From contig NC_087450.1 in assembly GCF_036321535.1 (NCBI RefSeq), forward strand, positions 9,238,001 through 9,302,000: a stretch of DNA of 64,000 nt. The letters are read 5' to 3'. Below, in pieces: positions 36,501-48,837 of the stretch. The position numbers were made by a program, and so were the translations under genes. Source of the DNA: Camelus dromedarius (lineage: Eukaryota). The notes under the pieces are model-generated. The model did not search any database and was not told the origin of the DNA. It saw nothing but the letters and a program-made list of their open reading frames with translations. Numbering within the stretch: position 1 is the first letter of the stretch; each line of letters begins with the position of its first letter.

Positions 36501-36699
36501 CCTCTGTGACCCCTGCCCTGACTCGCCGCCTTCCCCCTGACTCCCAGCCCTCACTCGGATTTTGCGTTCTGCTTGTCAGTTCCAAGGAACAATCAGTCAC
36601 CTTGTTGGGTGTAATGACCACTTCCTCTTCCTGTTGGCTCCACGCATGAGAGCTCAGCTTAGCCTGGGGACAGCTCCAGCTTCTACTTTATAGCCATTT

Positions 36700-36990
36700 C
36701 TCAGATGGAAGTGTTCATCTCTTGGGCACTAGGATCTCCAAACCTACCGAGCCCCGTGTTCTGGTGACGGGGGAGTAAAGGTCCTTCCGGTGGTCTATTA
36801 GGGTTCCTGGCTTTGTGGGAGGCAGCACCACATAGTGTCCTCTGGCCCAAGGCATATACCACACGGCTGCAGGACAGCACCCCAGCTGCACAGGGTGTTG
36901 TCTCCCAGCTGGTACAGTAACTGCCCGGGTAATGGTTCCATCTTTCTATCAGACCAGCTGCTCCTGGATGCTGAGTCATGTGATAAGGCA
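36700..36990 (-). mobile_element. ERVL internal (integrase C-terminal) fragment
   Basis: Minus-strand translation HPGAAGLIERWN...VVYALGQR..CGA resembles ERVL integrase (HHPEAAGLIERWNG...AVYALNQRP.YGA), with frameshifts. Confidence 0.75.
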
Positions 36991-37052
36991 GGTGAATTCT
37001 CAGAGTGAGAGCCCACTACTTCTTTTCTGGGGTCTTTGTTCACCAGTAGAAG

Positions 37053-37143
37053 TTTTTTGTTTTTTTAATGGTGGTGCTGGGTATTGAACCTAGGACCTCG
37101 TGCATGCTGAGCATGCTGTCTGCCACTGAGCTGTACCCTCCCC
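37053..37143 (-). mobile_element. Vic-1-like camelid tRNA-derived SINE
   Basis: Reverse complement GGGGAGGGTACAGCTCAGTGGCAGACAGCATGCTCAGCATGCACGAGGTCCTAGGTTCAATACCCAGCACCACC plus an A-rich tail. A and B boxes are visible. Confidence 0.8.
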
Positions 37144-38628
37144 TCATCAACATAAATTTTGGAATCAGCTTTTCAAATTTCACACAAACAAGTCCTTTGG
37201 GGATTTTGCTACATCTACTTGGCAGGATTGATATTTTTATGATAATGTGTTGCCCTAAACATGAACAAGGTGTACTTATATCTATTTAAATCTTATTAAT
37301 ACCTTCATAAAATTTTGAATAATTTTATCCATAAAGATCGTGCGTAAGTCTTACTATAATTCCAGGTTCCCTGCTTTTTAGGCTATTGGAAGTGGTATTT
37401 TAAAATTCGTATATTAATCATATATCAAACAACTTAATTAATTTCTCTAATTCTAATAAGTTATCTGTAGATTCTTTTGGTTTTTCCACATAGAACATCC
37501 CACCATGTAGTGATGATAACAGATTTATTTCTTCCCTTTCAACTATTATGAATCTTGTTTCTTTTCCCAGACCTTAATTGATTTTCTAGTATTAAACCAA
37601 ACTTGCTTTTAAACCAACTTGGTCAGAGTATTACTTTCATATACATTGCTAAATTTAGTATGCTCGTGTTTTGGTTTGGAACTTTTTACTACATTCATAA
37701 ATGAGACTGGCCTTTACTGCCCTTTCCCTTACTTGTATTACCATTGTCTGGTTTTGCTGTCACGGATATATTCATTTTGTAAAATGAATTTGGGATTTGT
37801 GTTCATCCAGGGATATCATGTGAGAAGTAAATGTCAATTAATTGAGGATTAAATATGTACAAGAAACTTGACAGGGGAAATAGCTGTGAGGGAAAATGGG
37901 GAAGAAGCTGGGAGAAGCTGGGAGAAGCTGGGAGATCCACCAGACTGTGAGACAAGGCTGACCCTGAGTGAAGGAGAGAAGGTTGGAAGGAGCTTCTTAG
38001 GGTGCGGTGTGGTAATTTTTCCATTTTAAACCTCCCGCTCTCGTTTTGAAAGTATGCAGTCTATTTCTGCTCTTTATTGGTTAGTCTAAAATTTTTAACC
38101 TGTATGTTTAATTTAACAGTGTTGTTAATGAACATCTTTATTTTTCTTTAAAACGATACATAGATCTTAGAATTCTTCAACATTAATCATTCCCTTTGAA
38201 TTTGTATACTTTTGTAACCCGATATTTTAATTTATTATTTCATTAATTTCACAAATCAGGTATTTTGTTATTTTCAATAATTTTGGTTTTAATTTTCAAT
38301 AAGAAAATTGATATTTTTATCAGTTGATATTTGCGTTGACTTACCCATATGTTTCATATTTCCTCTGCTCGCTCGCCTTTTTTATGTCTCAGAGCTTCTA
38401 TCTGTTATTATTTTCCTACTGTCTTGAAGCATATGCTTTAGAGGTTCCTCTGATGGGGATTCGTGGTAGACAGACTTCTAGGTGGCTCCCAAGGTCCCCA
38501 CCCCCTTGTGTGCACATTCTCCACAGTCTTCTCCTCCTGAGTGTGCGGAGACTCCTGAACACGATGGCAGTGCACTCCTGCGATTATGTTATGTATCTGC
38601 TGATGTAGTGAGAGCCAGAACCATTTGG

Positions 38629-38629
<1 letters not shown>

Positions 38630-38669
<40 letters not shown>
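38630..38669. repeat. (TG)20 microsatellite
   Basis: Perfect dinucleotide run, seen directly. Confidence 0.95.
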
Positions 38670-38673
<4 letters not shown>

Positions 38674-38789
38674 AACATTTTTTCATGTCTACCAGTTTTC
38701 TTCACCTCTTTCAGTTACATGTTTCTGTGTTTGAGTTCCTCAAAGATTTCCAAGGTTTGTGTCATTAATTAATTTATCCATTTAATCAA

Positions 38790-39330
38790 TAAGCCATTTG
38801 CAGCAACATGGATGAACCTGGAGATCATCATTCTAAGTGAAGTAAGCCAGAAAGTGAAAGAAAAATACCATACGATATCACTCATATGTGGAATCTAAAA
38901 AAAAGAAAAAAGGGGACACTAATGAAATCATCTACATAACAGAAACAGACTCGAAGACATAGTGAACAATATTAGGGTTACAGAGCTTAGGGGAAAGGGG
39001 TGGGAAGTAATAAATTTGGGAGTTTGAGATTTGCAAATGATAACCACTATATATAAAAATGGGTAAGAAATATCTTCTGTATAGCACAGGGAACTATATT
39101 CAACATCTTGTAATAACTTTTATGAAAAAGAATATGAAAACAAATATATGTATATATATGCATGACTGGGACATTATGCTGTATACTAGAAATTGATCCA
39201 TTATAATTGAGTATACATCAATAATTTAAAAAAAGCAGCAGTTGTAACAAAATGAAGATGAATCTGTGCCCTTCACCCACAATAAAATACCCATCAATTC
39301 TTGTAAATAAATAAATAAATAAATAAATGT
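38790..39330 (+). mobile_element. 5'-truncated lineage-specific L1 3' end
   Basis: gccatttgcagcaacatggatgaacctggagatcatcattctaagtgaag...ctgtatagcacagggaactatattc...(TAAA)n. Confidence 0.85.
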
Positions 39331-41239
39331 ATGTGTTTGTGGCGTGTCAGCTGATCAAGACATTGTTCTATATGTTACTGTCCTACAGTGATGGATAAAA
39401 CAGCCAAGTATCCATGAAGTCAACGGCGTACATTCTAGCGGAGTGAGAGACATAATAAACACAAATATGTTGTAAGATTCCATAGGCGTGAGTGCTGTGG
39501 ACACAAAAGAAGCAAGAAAGGAAAGAGGGAGTGCCATGATGAGGGGCTGGGGTTGAAATTTTAAATAGGTTGGCCAGGTAAAGACTCAAGAAACCAATTG
39601 GCTTTGAGTTAATCAAAGGGAAGGGTATTTCGGGTGGACCGGACCTAATCAGGTGAGCCCTTTAAAAGCGTTCAGGCTTCCTCAGAAGTCGGAGAGTCTC
39701 CTGTTCACCTTGAAGAAGCACACTGCCCCGTTGTTGAGCAGCCACGGGGCCTCTAGCAGTTGAGGCTTCAGTTCTGCGGTTGCAAGGAGCAGAATTATGT
39801 CAGTAACTGGTGAGCTTGGAAGAGGACTAGGAGCCCAGGTGAGACTGCAGCCCTGAACGACACCTGGATTTCAGCCTGGTGAGATCCTGAGCAGAGGACC
39901 CAGCTAACCTGTACCCAGACTCCCGACCCATAGAAACCGTGAGACAACACATGTTTTCTTTTAAGCCACTGAGGTTGTAATCATTTCTTATCCAGAAACA
40001 GGTCACAAATACAGCATCTAGTAATAGCAAACTGCTTCAGTTTTATTTGTTTGAAAATGTCTTTATTTTGCCCTCATTTTTTAAGAATCATTTTGCTAGC
40101 TAAAGTTGACAGTTATCGTCTCTTATTCAGTTGAAGATAATATTTTTTGTCTCTGGCTCTCATCGTTGCTGTTGAGAAATCAGATACTAATGTAACAGTT
40201 ACTTTGTGGTGAATCTGCTCTCTTGTTCCTTTTCTATACTTTAAATCCCCTTTTCTGTTTTTAAAAATTAGTGAAACATATTCACTTTATGTACTGTAAC
40301 AACATTCCAATATCAGTCATCTTCGCAGGTTTGGATAGTTTATGGTGGCTTGTTTCTTTGTGTGTTTAGTGACTTTGTGCCCTCATGGTACTTGGAGGTT
40401 TAGCTCTAGGAATGATTAGATTCCTAGGATTAAGCTACTTTCCCCAGAGAGAGTTTGCATTTACTTTGGCCAGGTTTCCAGGAGTGCTGTACTGACTTGG
40501 AGCACTTTAACTGACATTTTTGTCTTGGAATTTTTTGGCCACTCACATGGTATACATTCTGCCCCCAAATTTATGTGAGTACAAACTTATTATTTGGAAT
40601 TATAAGTGAGGACTTCCCCCACCCTGCTACACCCAGAACTACGGATGAGGTGAGCTTCTACCCTCACCGTTTCCCTCTGCAGGGCCCTTTTTCTGTCTGA
40701 AGTTCACTCTCTGGGGGGAGTTACTCTTTGAGAAGCCAGGCTTTACTTTATGTGTATGGGGAATAGTTTTTCATGCCAACCTTCTCTGCTCAACCCCAGA
40801 TTTTGTCTCCTGCCCCTGTTTATGGCCTTGTAAGCCCTGGTTTCAGGCCCCCAGGGGCTGGCTTCACAAATCCTGGCTCTAGCTGTCACCTGTGCCTTGG
40901 GAATCATAATTTCATATTTTCTCTCGCTTCTGAGGATTTCCCTTCCTTTCCCACCAGTTCATTCAGACAACACAAATAAACAGGTGTGTGTGTGTGTGTG
41001 TGTGTGTGTGAGAAGCGTTGCATCCAGCGTTTATGGCTGCGCTGCATCAGGGGCGGTCTCTCTGATACTTAGTCCTCTGTGGTGCCAGGAATGGGAGCGT
41101 CCAATGTTTGTCTTACTTTCTCCTTCCTTCTCTCTTTCTTTCTTTTGCATTTGGATAATCAATTGTCCTGGCACTATTTGTTGAATAGTGTGTCCTTTCC
41201 ACACTGATTAATAATGTAAATTTTGTCACATCAGAATTT

Positions 41240-43780
41240 CACGTGTATTCAACTGGAAACATAAAGAGGGAACCACAGCAGGATGGCAGGAGGGGCGTGC
41301 TCGTGGTATAATTGGGCCCCATACCGCTGGGTGGGCGACCCACAAGCTGAAGATTTGTTGAGTCGCAGAGGCCCTCCCACAGGAGTGAGAGCTCTAAGCC
41401 CCATGTCAGGCTCCCCAGCCTGGGGGTCTGGCACTGGGAGGAGTAGGAGACCCGGGGACATCTGGCTTTGAAGGCCAGTGGGGCTTAACCCCAGGAGCCC
41501 ACAGGACTCAGGGAAACAGAGACTTCGTTCTCTTGGGAAGCATACACAGAATCTTGCATCCACTAGGTCCAAGGGCAGAGTCAGTGATTTTGAAGTGGGA
41601 GGAAAGGGGACAGGGCACAACCACTGGAGGAATTACATAGCAAGTGAGGACAGGACAAACTGGTTAGAACAAAGATGGCAGAAGTTTCAACTTCCACTAG
41701 ACCTTAAGCCACATGGTGCACCCACACGTGCTGTGACAGTTCCCAGGCTGACCATCAAAGGTCAAAAAGTGGGCAGAGGGGGCATTTCCTGGAAATCCTT
41801 GACCGTCCCCCAGAATAGTTGGAATAATCCTCCTGCTCATTAGTATATGAAATAATGAAGCCCATAACACCTAAAAACTCTGCACCTCATGGTTGCTCTC
41901 TCTCTCTCTCCCCCTCCCTCTCTCTCTCTCTCTATCCTTCTGAGATGGCCCACACTCTGTCTATGGAGTGTGTATCTGCTTTTACTTTAAAGTAAACACC
42001 CTACACCTCTTGGCTTCTCTCCCTCTCACCTTTCTGAAATGACCCACATTCTGACTATGTAGTGTGTATTTCCTAAGCTGTTTTCCCTTCTGAGTCAGAG
42101 TGTCCACACCCTGCCTAAGGTGTGTGTATGTCTCTAAATAAACCTGCTTTCACTTTACCATGTCTTGCTCTTGAAATCTGTCCTGCACGAGGCAAGAACC
42201 TATTCTCCCCCAACAATTTCATAGGAACCTGGGTCAGACCTGCCTGCTGGTTTTAGAAGTTCTGCTGAGGAGGTAGGTGGTTGGCTGTGGCTTATGCTGA
42301 GGACATAAAAGCTGGTGATGGACATTCTGGGAGTATGCATCCACATGAGCTCTCCTGGAGGCTGACATCTTGATTGGATCACTGGTACCAAGACCTACCC
42401 CCACCCAACAGCCTGTAGGCTTAAGGGCTGAGAGGCCTCAGGCTAAACAACTTACTGGGTGGGAACATAGCCCCACCCATCAGCAGACCTCCCATTCCAC
42501 AAACACCTCTAGACAGCGCCCTACCCACCGGAGGTCCAGGACCAAGCTTCACCCAGCAGTGGGCAGGCCCCAGCTCCTCCCGCCAGGAACCCGCATAAGC
42601 CTCTAGTCCAGCCTCATCCACCAGGGAGCAGATATCAAAAGTAAAAAAATAGCAATCCCAAAGCCTGTGGAAGGAATCCACAAACACAGGCCAGACTCTA
42701 CACTGGGACGGGCTGGACCCTGGCCCTTGGGTGACAAGAGAGGAGTGTGCTGCTGGGACACATAGGACGTCTCCCAGAGGGCCACTTTTCCAAGGTCAAG
42801 AAATGTAACTAACCTACCTAAAAATACAAATAGAAAGACAGACAATATGAGGCGGCAGAGGAATATCTCCCAGGCAAAGGCACAAGATAAAATCCCAGAA
42901 GAAATAACTGATGAGGAGACAGGCAATTTATGCGAGAAAGAGTTTAAAGTAATGATGGCCAAGATGCTCAGAGAACTCAAGAGTACAGATGCACAGAGGG
43001 AAGTTCTTAGCAGAGTTGGAAAATATAAAGAACACCCAGAGCTGAAGAATAAAATCACTGAAATGAATAACACTCTAGAAGGAACCAAGAATAGATTAAA
43101 TGAGGCAAAAGAATGGATGAGTGGGCTAGAAGACAGATGAGTAGAAATCACTACTGCAGAACAGAAAAAAGAATGAAAAGAAATGAGGCTAGTTTAAGAG
43201 AACTCTGGAACAGCAAGAAGCACTCCAATATTTTCATTATAGTGTTCCCAGAAAAAGAAGAGAGAGAGAAAGGACCAGACAAAATTTTTGAAGAGATACA
43301 AACTGAAAACTTCCCCAACTTGGGAAAGGAAACAGTCACCCAAGTCCAGAATATGCAGAGAGTTCACATAGGATCAACCCAAAGAAGAACACACCAAGTC
43401 ACACTGTAATCAAATTGACAAAAATTAAGGATAAGGAGAAAATATTAAAATTATCAAGAGAAAATCAACAAATAACATCCAAGGGAACTGTCGTAAGGTT
43501 ATCAGCTGATTTTTGAGCAGACACTGTACTGGCCAGAAGGGAGTGGCACGATATATTTAAAGTGATCAAAGGGAAAAACTTACAACGAAGAATATTCTAT
43601 CCAGCAAGGCTCTCATTCGAGTTTGATGGAGAAATCACAGCATCACAGACAAACAAAAGCTAAAAGAATTCAGCACCACCAAAGCAGCCAGACAACAAAT
43701 GTTAAAGGAACTTCTCTAGTCATCAAACCCTAAGAAAAGAGAACAAAAAGAAGAAAGAGAAAAAAAAGACCTACAAAAAA
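41240..43780 (+). mobile_element. L1 5' UTR plus disrupted ORF1, with an LTR inserted in the 5' UTR
   Basis: ORF1-like peptides MRRQRNISQAKAQDKIPEE...ELKNKITEMNNTLEGTKNRLNEAKEWMSGLEDR and SNIFIIVFPEKEEREKGPDKIFEEIQTENFPNLGKE, broken by stops and shifts. The L1 5' UTR text resumes after 42219. Confidence 0.85.
41591..42215 (+). mobile_element. ERV1-type solo LTR (625 bp) with ATTT TSD
   Basis: TG at 41591, CA at 42214-42215, ATTT at 41587-41590 and 42216-42219. AATAAA at ~42137. Confidence 0.85.
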
Positions 43781-44060
43781 TTGCTTTGGGAATTCATGGT
43801 TTTTTATGGTTCCGTATAAATTTTGGACTTTTTTGCTCCAGTTCTGTGGAACATGTTGTGAGTATTTTGACAAGGGTTACATTGGGTCTGTAGATTGCTT
43901 TGGGTAGTATGGCCATTTTGATGTTGATTCTTCCAATCCAAGAGCACAAGATACCCTTCCATTTCTTTGTAACTTCAATTTTCTTCAGCAATGTTTTACA
44001 GTTTTCAGAGTATAGGTTAGGTTTATTTCTAGGTATTTTGTTATTTTTGATGCAATGGAA
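43781..44060 (-). mobile_element. L1 ORF2 fragment
   Basis: KKWKGILCSWIGRINIKMAILPKAIYR...TELEQK..KFIRNHKKP is diagnostic L1 ORF2. Confidence 0.85.
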
Positions 44061-44091
44061 ATGTTTATGCCAGTTATAAAATTCTGGGTTT

Positions 44092-44229
44092 AAAATTTTT
44101 TTTAGTTGTTTATTTTTGGGGTGGGTAATTAGGTTTATTTACTTATTTTTGGAGGAGGTACTGGGGATTTAACCCAGGACCTCATGCATGCTAAGCATGC
44201 ACTCGTCCACTTGAGCTAGATCCTCCCCC
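44092..44229 (-). mobile_element. Vic-1-like camelid SINE with 15-bp TSD
   Basis: tRNA-like head plus an AAATAAACCTAATTACC-type tail. TSD taaaattctgggttt at 44077-44091 and 44230-44244. Confidence 0.85.
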
Positions 44230-44299
44230 TAAAATTCTGGGTTTTGAAGTGGGGGGAAGAAAAGAAAAAAGGAATGGAGGGCTGGAAATGGCAAAATAT

Positions 44300-45320
44300 C
44301 CTCCTTTTTAATGGGTGAGCTGTATTCCATTACATATATATGCTACATCTTATTTATCCACTCATCTATTGATGTGAACTTAGGATGCTTCCATATCTTG
44401 GCGATTATAAATAATGTTGCTGTTAATAGTAGGGAGTACGTATCTTTTTGAATTAATGTTTTTGTTTNNNNNNNNNNNNNNNNNNNNNNNNNNNNNNNNN
44501 NNNNNNNNNNNNNNNNNNNNNNNNNNNNNNNNNNNNNNNNNNNNNNNNNNNNNNNNNNNNNNNNNNNNNNNNNNNNNNNNNNNNNNNNNNNNNNNNNNNN
44601 NNNNNNNNNNNNNNNNNNNNNNNNNNNNNNNNNNNNNNNNNNNNNNNNNNNGATGGCCATTCTGACAAGTGTGAGATGATGTCTTATTGTGATTTTGATT
44701 TGCATTCCCCTGGTATTAGTGATGTTAGACAATTTTTCATGTTCCTGAGGGCCATCTGCATGTCCTCTTTTGTAAAAGTGTCTATTCAGTTCTTCTGCCC
44801 ATATTTTAAATGGGTGGGTTGGTTGGTTGGTTGCTTGCTTGCTTTTTAATTGAAGTACAGTTGATTTGAAATGTTGTATTCATTTCCGGTGTGCAGCACG
44901 GATGGACTTGGAGGGCATTATGCTAAGTGAAATAAGTGAGACAGAGAAAGACAAATACTGCAAGGTACCACTTACATGTGGAATCTAAAAAAAAAAAATA
45001 CAATAAACTAGTGAATATAACAGAAAAGAAACAGACTCACAGATGTAGAGAAGGAACTAGTTCATGGTTACCAGCGGGGAGAGGGGAGGGGGGAGGGGCA
45101 GGATGGAGGTGGAGGATTAAGAGGTACAAACTGTCAGGTATAAAATGAGCTGCAAGGCTGTGCTGTACAACGTGGGGAGTAGAGCCCGTATTTTACACTA
45201 ACTACAAATGGACTATAACCTTTAAAACTTTGTGAATCACTATATTGTATACCTGTAACGTATCATACTGTACATCAACTATATTCAGTTAAGAAACATG
45301 ATATTGTAAAATAAATACAT
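44300..45320. mobile_element. Two L1 3' fragments in opposite orientation (~44300-44800 minus, partly masked; ~44897-45320 plus)
   Basis: MQIKITIRHHLTLVRMAI...TKTLIQKDTY on minus. ggacttggagggcattatgctaagtgaaataag...3' UTR on plus. Confidence 0.75.
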
Positions 45321-46599
45321 AAACAAATTTTAAAAATGGTTAAAAAATTTCATGTGTATGCGTGTTTGTTTTAGGTTTAGATCTGTTCCTGTTCTAATGG
45401 TCTGTTTCTCTGTCCCAACATCAACACCACATTGCCTTAATTACTCTAACTTTAATATAAGCACAGCCACCTCCTCAACTACGTTCTTTTTCTTCAGGAG
45501 TTCTTGAAATGTGGCTCATGTGAGTGAGGAAATCAATTTTAAATTTTAATTTAAATTAAATTCAATATAAGTAAAAAATATATACAATCCAGGTATTAGA
45601 AAACTTTTAAGTATGTTTGAAATAAGTTCCACACATGAATCTAGTTTTTCAATTGTGAATTTAATGAAATCTAAATGAGATACAATATTACCAATGAAAA
45701 TACACCATATGAATAGAAATAATGTGCCAAATGCACACACGATTTCAAATGACTTAGTACAAAAATGTAAATTAGTTCAGTGATATATTTGTATTTATTA
45801 CATTTTGAAATAGCAATATTTTGAATATCTTGTTAAAATTAATTTTATTTGTTTCTTTTTACTTTTTAAAATTATGGCTGCCAGAAGATTTATGACATGT
45901 GTGCCTGGCTTATATGAAATTTAATGTTAACAAATTTCTTCAAAAAATTTCAGAACAATTTAGTAGCATATTTCTCAAAGACAATTTAAAATTTTACATT
46001 TCATTTCTTGGTCAGTCCTGGTATAGCTAATATAGATGCTTCCCTCCCTGAATCTGTCCTCCCCCACTCCTGGCTTTGTCACCTTTGATTTGCTTTCTGC
46101 CTTTATCCAATCCCCTCTGCAAGCCTCTCAGCCTGTAAACCATCTCCTTTCTCTGAGAAACAGTTTTCCTTTCTTTAAGGGGAGGTTTGCACCTCTTGGT
46201 TCCTGCCCATGTTCTAGAATGCCTAGCAGGTCCACTCAGATGAGCACAGATGTTCTCTTCTGTTTAGTATCACAGGTTGGGAGGATGGGCTCTAGTCATG
46301 CAAACTGGAGTTTTGGGTCCTTGGGGTCTTGCTGCAGTTCCCCATCATAAAGGGCGTCAGGCTGGCACCTAAGAAAAAACACATAAGACAAAGGCAATAT
46401 TAGTTTTCTCTGAAGACCATTCAGCCTAAACCATTTGTCTTCTATTTGCATGTCTAGTCCTTTAGACTCAGTGGGTCCCCTTTTCATGGTGCTGAAGAGG
46501 ATTTGATCTTTCCTGCATCACTACCAAATTCTACTTGAGGCCTGGCATCTTCATATGAAAACTCAGCACATCTGTTAAAGGTTGTTAAAGCACTCAAGG

Positions 46600-47720
46600 A
46601 TGCCCATTCTAAACACTTCTATTCAACATAGTACTGGAAGCCCCAGCCACAGCAATCGGAAAAGAAAAAGAAATAGAAGGGATCCAAACTGGAAGGGCAG
46701 AGGTAACACTGTCACTGTATGCACATAACAGGATACCCTGTGAAGAAAACCCTAAAGACTCCACACAAAAACTGTTGGAACTAATAAACGAATTCAGCAA
46801 GGTAGCAGCATACAGGAGCAATACACAGAAGTCTGTTGCCTTTCTTTACACTAACAATGACATATCAGAAAAGAAAAGTAAAACTAAAATTCCATTTATA
46901 ATTGCACCCCCCCCCCAAAAAAAACCCATAGGAATAAACCTAACCAAGGATGTGAAAGACCTAGATGCTGAGAATAAAACATTGATAAAGGAAATTGAAG
47001 ACGATACAAAGAAAGGGAAAGATATCCCCTGCTCTTGGATCAGAAGAATTAATATTATGGTCATACTACCCAAAGTATCTACAGATTTAATGTAATCTTT
47101 ATCAAGTTACCCATGGCATTTTTCACAGAGCTAGAACAAATAATCCTAAAATTTATATGGAACCACAAAAGACCCAGAATTGCTAAAGCTGTACAAAGAC
47201 TGCTAAAAAACAAAGATGGGGGCACAACCCTCNNNNNNNNNNNNNNNNNNNNNNNNNNNNNNNNNNNNNNNNNNNNNNNNNNNNNNNNNNNNNNNNNNNN
47301 NNNNNNNNNNNNNNNNNNNNNNNNNNNNNNNNNNNNNNNNNNNNNNNNNNNNNNNNNNNNNNNNNNNNNNNNNNNNNNNNNNNNNNNNNNNNNNNNNNNN
47401 NNATCTTCAACAAAGGGCGTGAGAATACACAATGGAGAAAAGACAGTCTCTTCAGCAAGTGGTGCTGGGACAGCTGGACAGCCCCATGTAAACCAATGAA
47501 GTTAGAACACTCCCTCACACTATACAGAAAAATAAACTCAAAATGGCTTATAGACTTAAATATAAGACATGGCACTAAAAAAGCTCCTAGAAGAGAACAT
47601 AGGCAAGACATTCTCAGACACAAATTGTAGTGATACTTTCACAGATCAGCCTCCCAAGGCAAAAGAAATCAAAGCCAAAATAAACAAATGGCACCTAATC
47701 AAACTTAAAAGCTTTTGCAC
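46600..47720 (+). mobile_element. L1 ORF2 fragment (RT C-terminal region), partly masked
   Basis: LELINEFSKVAAY...[12 protein letters not shown]...[26 protein letters not shown]...[12 protein letters not shown]...KAKINKWHLIKLKSFCT. Confidence 0.9.
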
Positions 47721-48837
47721 TCAGAAGACAGCTCCAGCTCAAATTAAAAATATACACTGGAAAAAATTTCAAGGCAGATCAATAGGTACTAATATGGACA
47801 ACCTCCAAGATGTACTGTCCACTGAAGATAAAAAACAAGGTTCAGGACAATGTGTACAGGAAGCTGTTTTTTGTATCTGGAATGCTTACATTTTCAGAGA
47901 CTGACTCTGGAACCACAAACAAAAATACTGGCATCAGATTTCTTTGGGTAAGGGCCTTGGGGACGGGGTGAATGAGAAACGTACCTCTGTTTTTAAAAAT
48001 GTGCTTATTCACAGTAATCAAAAGCTAGAAACCACCCAAAAGTCCATGAATGGTTGAATGGATAAACGAAATGTGGTCTATCCATACAATGGAATGTTGT
48101 TCAGCTTTGAACAGGAAATGATGACACCTGCTACAAAGTGAATGAAGTTTTGAAGACATAAGCCAGACACAAAGGGACAAATAATGTATGATTCTATTCA
48201 TATGAAGTACTTAGAATAAATAGTCAAATTCATACAGAAAGAAAGTGGAATGCTCGTTACCAGGGACTAGCGTGGAGGAAGAAAAGGGAGTTAGCGTTTA
48301 GAGGTTGCAGAGTTTCAGGATGGACGGATGAGAACGTTCTGGAGATGGACAGTGATGATGGTTGTGCAATAATGTCAATGTACTAGGTGCCAACGAACTG
48401 TACACTTAAAAATGGTTCAAATGGTAAGTTTTATGTTCTGTATGTTTAATCAGAATAAAAATATGTGTACACAGTGCCTTTAAATTTATTTTTAACAACT
48501 TTTCTTTTTAATTGAAAGGGACAGAGGCCATTTCTACTAAAATTATAGATGTCTTTAATATATGGCACAGGTGAATCCTACAGATACACCTGCTTATACA
48601 TGGAATGTCACATGTACATTGCAGCATTGTTTGCAATAGCAAAAGACTAGGAATAAAGTATCCCACTGGAAAAGGCTGGTTAATTGTGTGTATCCATGCA
48701 GCAGAGTACCCTGCAGCTGAAAAAAAAAGAATGAGGAAGATCTCTATTTACTGATTTAGAAAGAGCTCCAGGATATATTGTTAAGTGAACGAATGTAAGA
48801 TACAGCTGTACACAGTATGCTGCCTTTGGCATAAAAA

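Larger units (their letters stand above)
38455..40020 (+). mobile_element. MLT1 (MLT1E-like) MaLR LTR split into ~38455-38630 and ~39592-40020 by a ~960-bp insert
   Basis: 5' part tcgtggtagacagacttctaggtggctccc. 3' part ctttgagttaatcaaagg...cctaatcaggtgagcccttt...cagaggacccagctaacctg...ttttaagccactgagg. Confidence 0.7.

Noticed and set aside
37067-37143. tRNA gene call for the tRNA-like sequences at 37067-37143 and 44150-44229
   Set aside because: They have A-rich tails, a TSD in one case and a degenerate cloverleaf, so they are SINEs rather than tRNA genes.
43780-44800. Twin-priming inversion explanation for the ORF1(+)/ORF2(-) junction
   Set aside because: The minus-strand pieces are not collinear for a single inverted element, so they are more likely independent nested fragments.
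46296-46487. Exon-like minus-strand segment (CQPDALYDGELQQDPKDPKLQFA*)
   Set aside because: No recognisable homology and no partner exons.
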